From Squalus acanthias (taxonomy: Eukaryota): a stretch of 64,000 nucleotides of DNA. Shown here piece by piece: positions 38,360 through 51,294 of this stretch. Position 1 is the stretch's first letter. Every line of letters begins with the position of its first letter. Location of the stretch: contig CM059452.1 of assembly GCA_030390025.1 (NCBI GenBank), forward strand, positions 7,192,001-7,256,000, read 5' to 3'. A program made the position numbers and the translations under genes. The notes below the pieces were generated by a model. It had not been told where the DNA came from. It did no database searches and saw nothing but the letters and a program-made list of their open reading frames with translations.

Positions 38360-38945
38360 ATGCGGAACCGTCTCGCACCGCTCCTCATCATTATATCACT
38401 TCTCAGTAAGTAATTCCTCCCCAGTAAACATCCATTCTCCCCTGACTGCTGTAACTCAGGTGTTATTATTGGTGAAATGATGATAATGATGATGAATTAG
38501 ACACATTTCACCTTTTCTCTCATTTCTAACATGGTTTGAATCTGAATTTTAAACACCCGCCGGTCTGATCTTTTCCTGTTTGAACATGTTTTTCAGATCT
38601 GAGTCTTGGAGATTCTGTCACTCAGCCGCTGTCCTCAGGAGTTAAGACAGAAGGAGAAGCGGTGACTTTAAACTGTACCTATGATACTACACAGGGCGGC
38701 AGCTATAATTTGTACTGGTACCGGCAACACCCAGACACACAGCCCGAGTTTATTCTAATGAAATACGCGAGCGGTTCTGAAGATAAAGCACATTTTGCCC
38801 AAACCCGTTTTTCAGCACAACTCGACAGCTCCACTAAATTCACCAGTTTAACCATCTCGGGGCTGCAGCTGACCGACACTGCAGTTTATTACTGTGCCCT
38901 GGGACTCACAGTGATGGATACCCGTTAAACCCTCGTACAGAAACT
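38360..38945 (+). CDS. Chimeric intact TCR V (leader 38360-38405, V exon 38597-38906, 23-RSS 38907-38945)
   Basis: Leader MRNRLAPLLIIISLL (35.4-kb family) on V exon DSVTQPLSSG..YYCALGL (24.5-kb family); CACAGTG-23-ACAGAAACT. Confidence 0.9.
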
Positions 38946-39898
38946 CCCTCCGCTTTGTAGATCAGAGGCTCCGCCTGCTGAAGCCGGATATAACGACGGG
39001 CAGATGTGAAGAGCGATACAAAATAATTATTTAGCAAATCTGCCATTTCTTATTTTCTATGACAGTATCACCCGAGTGTGTCTTTAAGCGGCCCGCATTA
39101 CCCTGAGCCTCCCGCTTTCTCTTCTTACTTTGAAAACGTTTCCATATAATCGCCATCAGAGGGCAGTTCGTTGTTGGGTTGAGTGTCGGGGCGAGTTACA
39201 GACTAAGAACATTGTTCATCTTATTTAACTAAAGAATTAGAGAAACACATTTTTAAATGCAGGCATTAAGTTCAAAAGGAAGTCTGTGTTCCAAATGGTT
39301 AACTATTAAGTTATTGTGAATGGTGTTTATTATTAACGTGAATACGTTGTAAATATTTGTAATGAGCAGCTCACCCCAGAATCAGTAAAACTATCTGTTG
39401 TCTGCACCCTCCCATTCTGCTCAAACCTGTCAGTCACTCCCCATTTCATTCATATAAAAGGTCGCGTTTGTCTAATTTACCGCATCGTTGTTTTCAAATC
39501 CTCAGGATCTACTGGCCGTCTCTACCTCCCTTTATATCGGCTGTGGGTAGTTCTAATGGTCAGTGAGCAGCTCTTTTAATGGGAGCCTCCGGCACTGCTG
39601 CCAGAACAATATTAACAAATTCCTTTCACTGGCCCCACCTCACAGACTGAAACTGTTAAAGGGCCAACATTGGGTTTAATCCCCGTCCAGTTCTCTGTTG
39701 TGAGGAGAACACGTGAGCTGTGAGCTGATTGGATAAATTGGAGAACAAAGGACCCGTGAGCTGATTGGATATCTCCTGCTGACTCTGTCAGGAATGAACC
39801 AATCGGCAGAGAGGCCGGATATTAGTCAACATCTTCCCAGCTCTTGACTAAAACAAATTCAGGTTCAACCCGTCATCCGCCATCAACTCCCTGCAAAC

Positions 39899-39950
39899 AT
39901 GTTGGCTGTTACATTTTATTTATTCGTCACAGCTGCAGCTCTCCTAATTG
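39899..39950 (+). other. Orphan V leader exon with intact ATG and GTAAGT donor
   Basis: MLAVTFYLFVTAAALLI, phase 1; no cognate V exon. Confidence 0.78.
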
Positions 39951-40379
39951 GTAAGTTCAAAAGTTACACAACACTGTATTTCACATCTGCATCATACATT
40001 ATATTTAATCCATCAGTTCCCGGAACACAAGATTATCAATAGATTGACCGAAGTGAAGAAAACCATCCGGATCCACCTTATTCAACACTGAACACTGTTT
40101 GGGAAAATCGACAAAATCCTCCAGTGAATGAAAGCGGAAGAGTTGAGGTGAGATTACAGGCGAATGGCAGACAGACCCGCTCGCCCCGCCGGGGTCAATG
40201 ACGGACTTTGACAGATAGACGAGTCTTAAACCCACAGACCGTTTGGAGTTTTCCCTTCACATCACAAGAGGTGAAGGTGAGGAACTGATCCCGTTGGAAG
40301 GTGCTGAAGGTTCATTAAAGGAAGTTTTATTCAGTCGATCTCAGCACCATCCCGTGAGCAGCCCCTGAGCTGTGGGGAA

Positions 40380-40851
40380 ATGTATTTCTGTTTAACTGCC
40401 CTGATTTACTTCTCAGGTAAGTGTTGGGGGTGACGGGCTGATTCTGGGGGATAGACACAGTGAAGTGACATTGTTTAATTTAATATCGCTCTGGGCTCTT
40501 GCAGGACATTGTCGAGGAGACTCCGTTTCACAGACACCGGCTGCAACCACAGTCAGTGAAGGAGACGATGTTCAGTTGCACTGTAATTATACAGCTACAA
40601 GCACCAGCAATCCTTAACCTATTCTGGTACCGTCAGTATCCCAGCGGATCCATGGAGTATCTGCTGCAGAGAACAAGATACAGCGAGAACGAAGGGAGAT
40701 TTCCAGGGGACCGTTTTTCAGCGAAGCTCAATGATTCGAGCCGAACCGTCCCGCTGAAAGTGTCTGAAACACAACTGACAGACTCCGCGGTGTATTACTG
40801 CGCACTGAGCCCCACAGAGACACGGAGCTGGGCTGGACCTGTACAAAAACT
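40380..40851 (+). pseudogene. TCR V with +1 frameshift at ~40616 (leader 40380-40416, V exon 40505-40812, 23-RSS 40813-40851)
   Basis: CCT TAA instead of CCT TAC; FWYRQYP..DSAVYYCALS; CACAGAG-23-ACAAAAACT. Confidence 0.87.
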
Positions 40852-41372
40852 GTCAGAGCGTCGCTCAACATATCAGCGCGTCAGGGGAACATTGTGATCA
40901 GGGGCGAGTCTCAGCTGGTCCCTGTATTTGTGATTAGACATTGTGCTGTTAATTCTAATATATAGGTATCTTTATTCCTGCAATTTGTCTCTTTTTAAGT
41001 ATTTATCCAATTCCCCTTTGAATGTTATTATTGAATCTGCTTCCACCGCCCTTTCAGGCAGTGAATTCCAGATCACAACAACTCACTGAGTAAAAAATCA
41101 AATCTCCTCATCTCCTCTCTGGTTCTTTTGCCCAGTATCTTCAATGTGTTTGTCCTTTGGGTACCGACCCTCCTGCCAGTGGAAACAGTTTCTCCTTATT
41201 TACTTCATCAAAACTCTTCATATATTTCTGTTTGGATACAGTCACTCTGAGAACTCCTATTCCGAAATGCTATCCCGCTTTTGTTGTGTGAGCGACAATC
41301 TCACCGCCTGTTGGGATTTATTACTCACAGTTATTGGAACTTTATCTAAACGTTTCCCTCTCTGTCCTTTAG

Positions 41373-41718
41373 ACAGCGTCATTGGATGGATCGCTCATTG
41401 GCCAATGGAAGAGGTGACCGCTCAGGAGGGAGAGATCGCGAGAATAACCTGCTCCTATACAGAGGTGACGAGAGTTTGCCTGTCCTGGTACCGGGAGGGT
41501 CGGTCCGTGGGCCCGGAGAATATCCTCATCCGCTGCACCGACCGGTTCAGTGACGATGCGAACTTTGCAAGACGGCGCTTCACCTCATCTTTGGCCAAAA
41601 CTAACAGAACCGTCAGTTTAAGGGTTTCACAGCTGACAGCTGCGGATTCCAGGAAATACTTCTGGGTCATAACACCGCACACGGTGCTGTATTTAGAGCA
41701 AGAGCCGACAGATAAACT
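41373..41718 (+). pseudogene. Divergent TCR V ORF lacking the second canonical Cys; 23-RSS 41680-41718
   Basis: ITCSY..VCLSWYRE..IRCTD..DSRKYFW; CACGGTG-23-AGATAAACT; CR1 fragment at 40970-41225 upstream. Confidence 0.75.
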
Positions 41719-41989
41719 ACAGGTGCTCCGGCGCGGCAGACTGTGACAGTGAACTCTCTGGTTTATTGTATCTCATGGTCAATGTCACTGTGTAGTCCGA
41801 CGGAGAAGGACAACAATTCTTCCATCCAAAAAGTTTCGTCAACGTGTCATAAACAGACAGACCACAGATTGAAAATATCTGGAAAGTCCCTGGAATCCCA
41901 AATCCCTTTGATCCTCCACAGGAATCTGAGTCAACAACACTATCCACAGAAAATTCCACATTCTCACCTCCCTTTGAACGAAAGAAAGA

Positions 41990-42446
41990 TTTGTATTTCT
42001 ATAGCGTCTTTCACGACCACCGGACGTCCCAAACCGCTTTACAGCCAATGAAGTTCTTTTTGAAGTGTAGTCACTGTTGTAATGTAGGAAACGCGCAGCC
42101 AATTTGAGCACAGCAAGCTCCCACAAACAGCAATGTGAGAATGACCAGATAATCTGTTTTAGTGATGTGGATTGAGGGCTAAATATTAGGCAAGACACCG
42201 AGGAGAACTCCCCTGCTCTTCTTCAAAATAATGCCTGGGATCTTTTACGTCCACCTGAGGGAGCTGACGACGCCTGAGTTTAATGTCTCATCCGAAAGAC
42301 GGCACCTCCGACAGTGCAGCACTCCTTCGGTACTGCACTGGAGTGTTAGCTTAGATGTTTGTGCTCGAGTCTCTGGAGTGGGACTTGAATCCACAACCTT
42401 CATGAGTCAGAGGCGAGGGTGCTATCAACTGAGCCACGGCTGACAC
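41990..42446 (-). mobile_element. tRNA-derived SINE with L2-like tail (DeuSINE/SacSINE1-like)
   Basis: Head GCCGTGGCTCAGTTG..GATTCAAGTCCCAC (A/B boxes); tail shared with L2 fragments; second head at 61625-61745. Confidence 0.75.
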
Positions 42447-42749
42447 TATCTGTCCAAATAACGTTTTCTAACCATAAAAATGTATCTTTTGCCTCGTCAT
42501 ATTTCACCCTGGAGGTTAAATTTATTTTCCGCCTGTCTTCCACAGTTCCAGTAGTTTATTCTCTCCTTTTCTTTGGTTCAATTCCTCTTTCACCGATTGG
42601 GTTGATGAGCGGTCACCACCTCCTGGATTTCCCGGATTCGATGTCCAATCTGCTCAGAGATTCTCTTCGCTCAACAGGACACCGCAGTCTGTCCGGACCA
42701 ATAACCGGGCTGGAATGAGGTTGGGTGTAGATTCACTCAGTTAAGGACT

Positions 42750-43270
42750 CGGCCATGGAGGGCTGCGACTCCCACAATTCACAGCGGCAGAGAAAACCCC
42801 CATCTGTGACAGGAGCCACTCTGCACTCTGGGAGAGCTATTCACACATGCGCACCTCACAAACCGCTTCAACGACAACGTTTTTATTCTCACGGGCGCCA
42901 AACTTGCAGATTTATTGATTAAGATCGAGCGCTTATTTTTGTGGAAACGGAAGTCACCTTTCCTTAAATAAACGGTAGACATGCGCAGCGTGTTACGTCA
43001 CACAAACATAGCCCATTGTACGTCACACAAACTCACGTTTGCGCTGCCGTGGATGACGCTACAATCCATCCCGCGCGTCACAACGCCGTGATTGGCTGTT
43101 TCTCCCATTGATTCAGGATCGGAGAGTCACGGTCGTCTCCAGCCTCCGATCGGCATTGAAGAAGCCCAATTTGTGCAGCCTGTGACCCCTGACTCAGGGC
43201 TGTGGCCAGGGCGGGGCGGGGGGTGGGGTGGGCTCAGACCGGGCCTCTTAAATGCGCTTTGCACCGCCCG
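42750..43270 (-). promoter_or_regulatory. Promoter-like cassette, copy 2
   Basis: Reverse complement of 15620-16060. Confidence 0.55.
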
Positions 43271-43984
43271 AGTTGTTTCTGAGTTTTAATACTTAGGTGG
43301 AGTCAGTAGGATTTTGAATAAGGATTGGAAGAAAATTAAATTAATGTATTCAGCAATGTTTTTAAACAGCAAGTGTTTATATTGACTAATAACTAAAGAT
43401 AATTTCCTTCAAGCAATATTGTAAAATAGGATCAGTAACTTTAAAAGAGTACATATTATTTAATTAATTTTATTTGCTAATACAGACAATCTCGATCTCG
43501 TTTATTTCTGGATCCTAATTTAGTAAAGAAGTAGGAATATAGGAGTCGGCCATGCAACACTTGAAGCTTGTTCGGCCATTCAATTAGATCATGGCTGATC
43601 TGTATCTTAACTCCATCTACCAGCCTTGGTTCCGTATTCCTTCTTATCCTTTCCTAATCGGAAAACTATCAATCAATCCCAACAACAACTTGCATTTATT
43701 CAGCGCCTTTAACGTAGAAAAACGTCCCAAGGTGCTTCATAGGAGCGTTATCAAACAAAATGTGTCACCGAGCTACACAAGGAGATATTAGGACAGATGT
43801 ATAGGGAGGGAATTCGAGAGCGTGGGGCCTAGGCAGCTGAAGGCACGGCCGCCAATGGTGGGGCGATTAAAATAGTGAATGCACAAGAGGCCGAATTGGA
43901 GGAGCAGAGAGATCTCGGCGGCCTGTCGGGACAACAATCTGAAGTTAATGCAACTGCATCTTAAACCTTTCCCTTTGTTATTAA

Positions 43985-44380
43985 TTCTCGGGATGTGGAC
44001 TTCACTGGCAAAGCCGGCATTTATTGCCCGTCCCTTGGTTGCCCCTTGAGAGCTTGGTCTTCTTCCCGAACCACTGCAGTTCTGCTGCTTTCAAGGGTTT
44101 GATAAAACAGAGGGATTGCAAGGCCACATCAAAAGTCAGTTAAACCACGTTGAGTATGGGACTGGAATCACATATAGGCCTGACGGGCTAAGGACGGCAC
44201 GTTTCCTTCCCTGAAGAGACATTAGTGAACCAGTTGATATTTTTAACCACAATCCCATAGTTTCATGGTCACTTTTACTGATACCAGCTTCTTATTTATT
44301 TAAAAAAAATCTGAATTCAAATTCCAAAACTACACTGGTGTCATTTGAACTCGTGCAATCAAATTATTAGCCCAGGCCTC
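43985..44380 (-). mobile_element. SINE-like element sharing its 3' tail with the 58.6-kb LINE
   Basis: GGGCAATAAATGC(C/T)GGC tail on the minus strand; B-box-like GAGTTCAAAT. Confidence 0.55.
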
Positions 44381-44860
44381 TAGTGTAATATAAGCAGAGA
44401 CATGGTCTAGTGCAGTATTACTGAGACATGGTCTGATGTAATATAAACAGAGGCATGGTCTAGTCCATTAGTACCGGAGTCAGGGCCCAGTGTAATATAG
44501 ACAGAGACATGATCTAGAGTAGTAATAACTGAGACAGGGCCTTGTGTAATATAAATAGAGACATATCTAGCGTAGTAATAACTGAGACAGGGCCTTGAGT
44601 AATATAAACATAGACAGGGCCGAGTGCAGTAATAACTGAGACAGGGCCGAGTGTAATATTAACACAGACATAGTTCAGCACTGTGTAACTGAGGCATGGT
44701 CTAGAGTAATATAAACAGGGGCATGGTCTAGTGCAGTAATAAATAATATAGAGCCCAATGTAATATAAAAAGAGGCATTTTCTATTTCAGTAATAAATGA
44801 GATGGGGCCTAGTGTAATATAAACAGAGACACGGTCTAGTGCAATGATAATTGAGACATT
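44380..44860 (+). repeat. Degenerate 27-bp repeat array
   Basis: ACAGAGACAGGGTCTAGTGTAATATAA variants; also 50690-51180, 51480-51920, 62930-64000. Confidence 0.88.
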
Positions 44861-45859
44861 GCTCAGATCTTTAACCATTGAGTACAGACAGGCATTGAGC
44901 TGATTCATCGAGGGAAGCTTCACTCACCTGCACAGATACATTGCTCGGATCTTTAACATTTGAGACCAGACAGGCCTTGAGCTTCTTTACCGTATCGATC
45001 CTCACTCACCTGCGCAGATACATTGCTCAGATATTTAAGCATCCAGAGCAGAAAGGGATAGGTTGATACACCGTGGGGGGCCTCACTCAGCTGCACAGGT
45101 ACATTGCTGAGATTTTCCTTTCCTTTAATCACTTCCATTGTTCTATTTCTAATTGTAAACTGCTATTTGTTTTTCTGTTCCTTGTCTGTTTTATACCTCT
45201 ATTTATACCTTAATGCTCGGTTCTCCCCATCGCCCCCATTCCCTTCAAAACAACCAGATTCCCCCTTTCCCATGTACTCTGGTGACATCGTGCAGTATGC
45301 AGTCTGTGTAACGTGAGTCCACAGTCTGTGTGGCGTCACTCTGCAGTCTGTGTGCTGTCAGTCTGCATTCTGTGTGACGTACGTCAGCCATACTTGTGCG
45401 ACGTGCTGTCGGCCATGTTTGGTTGAGGTGCCATGGGACATGTTGGAGTGACCTGTCGTTGTCCAGATTTGAGTGACGTGCCGTCGGCCATATTTGAGAG
45501 ACGTACAGTCGGCCATGTTTGAGTGATGTGATGTCGCGATTTTTGGGTGACGTTTGAATGTCAGCAACCTCCTTCTCTGAGCTGACCTGCATGTGGATAC
45601 ATGACTTTAAGGGAAAACAGCTGATCAGAAACAGAAAAGACGGTTCATTCTGTGATCGATCCTTCGGGCCGATTGGATTCTGCAGTTTGTTTCTCGGCCT
45701 CTCCTGGAAACAGTTGGGTGACAGTTTGATCCGAGGTTAATTTGGTTTCCTCTCGGTGTGTGTTTGAGCGCCTGACAGCGCGCTGCACATTGTGGCTGCA
45801 TCTGCCCGCGATTCCACACAACCCCAACAGACAGGAGCTCCGCCCTGCAGTCCAATGGC

Positions 45860-46362
45860 AGTTTTTGTACGGGGGTGAGACTGCTTTCCATCACTGTGAG
45901 TCTCAGGGCGCAGTAATACACGGCAGCGTCAGTCAGCTGCAGCCCGGAGATGGTTAAACTGGTGAATTTAGTCGAGGTCTTGAGCTCAGCAGAGAAACGG
46001 GTTTTAGCAAAATCTGCTTTTTCCTCACCACTGCTCGAGCCTTTCCACAGTATAAACTCGAGCTCTGTGTCTGGGTGCTGCCGGTACCAGTATATATAAT
46101 AGCCGCTCTGTGTAGTATCATAGGTACAGTTTAAGGTCACCGCTTCTCCTTCTGCCTTAACTCCTGAGGACAGCGGCTGAGTGACAGAATCTCCAAGACT
46201 CAGATCTGAAAAACATGTTTAAAGAGGAAAAGATTAGACCGGCGGGTGTTTAAAATTCAGATTCAAACCATGTTAGAAATGAGAGAAAAGATGAAATGTG
46301 ATGGGTCCACAATTACCTGTCAGAAATGCCCCCCACACAGCCCAGATACTGAGTAGCCGCAT
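45860..46362 (-). CDS. TCR alpha/delta-type V, intact (leader 46317-46362, V exon 45899-46205, 23-RSS 45860-45898)
   Basis: DSVTQPLSSG..NCTY..YWYRQ..DAAVYYCALRL; CACAGTG-23-ACAAAAACT. Confidence 0.92.
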
Positions 46363-46945
46363 TGTCGCTGTCCGCTCTGTAAAAGTGGGGTTGGATATTT
46401 GAAGACACCCATTCTAATCCCCGCCCTCAATAATCTGCTGTCGTGTCTCAGGATGCTCTGACCTCACTTCCTGGTGTCCCCAGTGGTGCTGTGAGACCGG
46501 TAGGTGGTGAGCTGGCTGTCAGTGAATGGAAACACCCCGAGCTGGGCCACAGTCAGTGTCCTTCTAGGGGAATGGTTCCACTTTTACAGACTGGGGGTGG
46601 GAATGGAGCTCTTTTCTGGTGATTGTGACCGGGAAGCTCAGGATTGTTAATGGTTTTGGTTTATTCCGGGGTCAATTCTATCTCCAGAATTCCGTTAGTT
46701 TTACCGTCAGGCCACCGGTGACTCCAGTGAGCTTTCCCTTACACATTTCATCTATTCTCTGATTTTCCAAACATGGTTTGAATCGAATAATTCCTTATTT
46801 TTACGGAGTGATTTATAGATCCGTGATATTAGAACGATGACATCTGCTGTTACTGAACAAACAATTGAACAGATATAAAGAATAAACTCTCCCTGTAATT
46901 TGAACAACGTAACCAGCACCGTCCTCCTCTGTGGTTTGCATTTAA

Positions 46946-49900
46946 GTACTGGGCACCACACCTCAGGAAGATCCCATTTAGAGCACTGCTTTTAGTACTG
47001 GGCACCACACCTCAGGAAGAGCCCATTTAGAGGACTGCTTTTAGTACTGGGCACCACACCTCAGGAAGATCCCATTTAGAGGACTGCTTTTAGTACTGGG
47101 CACATCACCTCAGGAAGACCACATTTAGAGAACTGCTTTTAGTACTGGGCACCACACCTCAGGAAGATCCCATTTAGAGGACTGCTTTTAGTACTGGGCA
47201 CAGCACCTCAGGAAGATCCCATTTAAAGGACTGCTTTTAGTACTGGGCACCACAGCTCAGGAAGATCCCATTTAAAGGACTGCTTTTAGTACTGGGCACC
47301 ACACCTCAGGAAGATCCCATTTAAAGGACTGCTTTTAGTACTGGGCACCACTCCTCAGGAAGATCCCAATTAAAGGACTGTTTTTAGTACTGGACACCAC
47401 ACCACAGGGAGATCCCAATTAAAGGACTGCTTTTAGTACTGGGCACCACTCCTCAGGAAGATCCCATTTAGAGCACTGCTTTTAGTACTGGGCACCACTC
47501 CTCAGGAAGATCCCAATTAAAGGACTGCTTTTAGTACTGGGCACCACACCTCAGGAAGATCCCAATTAAAGGACTGCTTTTAGTACTGGGCACCACACCT
47601 CAGGAAGATCCCAATTAAAGGACTGCTTTTAGTACTGGGCACCATACTCAGGAAGATCCCATTTAGAGGACTGCTTTTAGTACTGGGCACCACACCTCAG
47701 GAAGAGCCCATTTAGATACTGCTTTTAGTACTGGGCACCACACCTCAGGAAGATCCCATTTAGAGGACTGCTTTTAGTACTGGGCACCACACCTCAGGAA
47801 GATCCCATTTAGAGGACTGCTTTTAGTACTGGGCACCACACCTCAGGAAGATCCCATTTAGAGGACTGCTTTTAGTACTGGGCACCACACCTCAGGAAGA
47901 TCCCATTTAGAGGACTGCTTTTAGTACTGGGCACCACACCTCAGGAAGATCCCATTTAGAGGACTGCTTTTAGTACTGGGCACCACACCTCAGGAAGATC
48001 CCATTTAGAGGACTGCTTTTAGTACTGGGCACCACACCTCAGGAAGATCCCATTTAGAGGACTGCTTTTAGTACTGGGCACCACAGCTCAGGAAGATCCC
48101 ATTTAGAGGACTGCTTTTAGTACTGGGCACCACACCTCAGGAAGATCCCATTTAAAGGACTGCTTTTAGTACTGGGCACCACACCTCAGGAAGATCCCAT
48201 TTAGAGGACTGCTTTTAGTACTGGGCACCACACCTCAGGAAGATCCCATTTAGAGGACTGCTTTTAGTACTGGGCACCACACCTCAGGAAGATCCCATTT
48301 AGAGGACTGCTTTTAGTACTGGGCACCACACCTCAGGAAGATCCCATTTAAAGGACTGCTTTTAGTACTGGGCACCACACCTCAGGAAGATCCCATTTAG
48401 AGGACTGCTTTTAGTACTGGGCACCACACCTCAGGAAGATCCCATTTAGAGGACTGCTTTTAGTACTGGGCACCACACCTCAGGAAGATCCATTTAGAGG
48501 ACTGCTTTTAGTACTGGGCACCACACCTCAGGAAGATCCCATTTAGAGGACTGCTTTTAGTACTGGGCACCACACCTCAGGAAGATCCCATTTAGAGGAC
48601 TGCTTTTAGTACTGGGCACCACACCTCAGGAAGATCCCATTTAGAGGACTGCTTTTAGTACTGGGCACCACACCTCAGGAAGATCCCATTTAGAGGACTG
48701 CTTTTAGTACTGGGCACCACACCTCAGGAAGATCCCATTTAGAGGACTGCTTTTAGTACTGGGCACATCACCTCAGGAAGACCACATTAAGAGGACTGCT
48801 TTTAGTACTGGGCACCACACCTCAGGAAGATTCCATTTAGAGGACTGCTTTTAGTACTGGGCACCACACCTCAGGAAGATCCCATTTAGAGGACTGCTTT
48901 TAGTACTGGGCACCACACCTCAGGAAGATCCCATTTAGAGGACTGCTTTTAGTACTGGGCACCACACCTCAGGAAGATCCCATTTAGAGGACTGCTTTTA
49001 GTACTGGGCACCACACCTCAGGAAGATCCCATTTAGAGGACTGCTTTTAGTACTGGGCACCACACCTCAGGAAGATCCCATTTAGAGGACTGCTTTTAGT
49101 ACTGGGCACCACACCTCAGGAAGATCCCATTTAGAGGACTGCTTTTAGTACTTGGGCACCACACCTCAGGAAGATCCCATTTAGAGGACTGCTTTTAGTA
49201 CTGGGCACCACACCTCAGGAAGATCCCATTTAGAGGACTGCTTTTAGTACTGGGCACCACACCTCAGGAAGATCCCATTTAGAGGACTGCTTTTAGTACT
49301 GGGCACCACACCTCAGGAAGATCCCATTTAGAGGACTGCTTTTAGTACTGGGCACCACAGCTCAGGAAGATCCCAATTAAAGGACTGCTTTTAGTACTGG
49401 GCACCACACCTCAGGAAGATCCCATTTAGAGGACTGCTTTTAGTACTTGGCACCACACCTCAGGAAGATCCCATTTAGAGGACTGCTTTTAGTACTGGGC
49501 ACCACACCTCAGGAAGATCCCATTTAGAGGACTGCTTTTAGTACTGGGCACCACACCTCAGGAAGATCCCATTTAGAGGACTGCTTTTAGTACTGGGCAC
49601 CACACCTCAGGAAGATCCCATTTAGAGGACTGCTTTTAGTACTGGGCACCACAGCTCAGGAAGATCCCATTTAGAGGACTGCTTTTAGTACTGGGCACCA
49701 CAGCTCAGGAAGATCCCATTTAGAGGACTGCTTTTAGTACTGGGCACCACACCTCAGGAAGATCCCATTTAGAGGACAGCTTTTAGTACTGGGCACCACA
49801 CCTCAGGAAGATCCCATTTAGAGGACTGCTTTTAGTACTGGGCACCACACCTCAGGAAGATCCCATTTAGAGGACTGCTTTTAGTACTGGGCACCACACC

Positions 49901-50495
49901 TCAGGAAGATCCCATTTAGAGGACTGCTTTTAGTACTGGGCACCACACCTCAGGAAGATCCATTTAGAGGACTGCTTTTAGTACTGGGCACCACACCTCA
50001 GGAAGATCCCATTTAGAGGACTGCTTTTAGTACTGGGCACCACACCTCAGGAAGATCCCATTTAGAGGACTGCTTTTAGTACTGGGCACCACACCTCAGG
50101 AAGATCCCATTTAGAGGACTGCTTTTAGTACTGGGCACCACACCTCAGGAAGATCCCATTTAGAGGACTGCTTTTAGTACTGGGCACCACACCTCAGGAA
50201 GATCCCATTTAGAGGACTGCTTTTAGTACTGGGCACCACACCTCAGGAAGATCCCATTTAGAGGACTGCTTTTAGTACTGGGCACCTCACCTCAGGAAGA
50301 TCCCATTTAGATACTGCTTTTAGTACTGGGCACCACACCTCAGGAACATCCCATTTTTGAGGACTGCTTTTAGTACTGGGCACCACACCTCAAGAAGATC
50401 CCATTTAGATACTGCTTTTAGTACTGGGCACCACACCTCAGGAAGTTCCCATTTAGAGAACTGCTTTTATTACTGGGTTCAGCACCTCAGGAAGA
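46946..50495 (+). repeat. 49-bp minisatellite (~72 copies) derived from CR1 RT
   Basis: TAGTACTGGGCACCACACCTCAGGAAGATCCCATTTAGAGGACTGCTTT; runs into CR1 sequence at 50495-50665. Confidence 0.95.
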
Positions 50496-51259
50496 TACAT
50501 TGACCTCATAGGGGGTGCAGCGCTCATTCACCAGGGTTAAATTATGAGGAATGTGGGCATAGACTGGGTTTGTATTCCCTTGAATATAGAAGATTACCGG
50601 GTGATACCATTGAGATGTTGAAAATGATGAAAGGAATTGACAGGGTGAATAGAGTGATAAACAGGTGATAAGGTGTAGTGCTGTTATCACTCAGACATTG
50701 TGTCCTGTAACATAAACAGAGGCAGGAATTAATTTAATATAAACAGTGTCATTATCTAGTGCAGTATTAACTGAGAAGGGGCCTAGAGTAATAAAACAGA
50801 GACACTGTCTAATGCAGTAACAACTGAGACAGGGCCTTGTGCAAAATAAAAAGTGACAAGGTATAGTGCATTGATAGCTGATACGGGGCCTGGTCTTATA
50901 TAAACAGAGAAAATGTCTATTGCTGTAATAACTAAGACAGGGCAGTGCATAATATAAATAGAGACATGGTCTAGTGCAGTACTAACTGAGACAGGGCCTT
51001 GTGTAGTATAATAGAGACATGGTCTAGTGCAGTAATAACTGAGATAGGGCCAAGTGTAATATAAACAGAGATAGGGTCTCGTGCAGTAAGAAGTGAGACA
51101 GGGCCCAGTGTAATATAAACAGAGCCAGTGTATGGTGATGTAATAACAAAGACATGGTCCAGCGTTAATTAAACTGCGACAGGGCCTGGTGTTATCTTTG
51201 TGGAATTCACCTGTTAACATTAAGAATGAATTGCTTTGCAAACACACGCACACACACAT

Positions 51260-51294
<35 letters not shown>

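Noticed and set aside
42380-42446. tRNA gene (also 61625-61700)
   Set aside because: SINE heads with degenerate A/B boxes; no complete cloverleaf.
46946-50495. CRISPR-like array
   Set aside because: Head-to-tail identical units without unique spacers; eukaryotic minisatellite.
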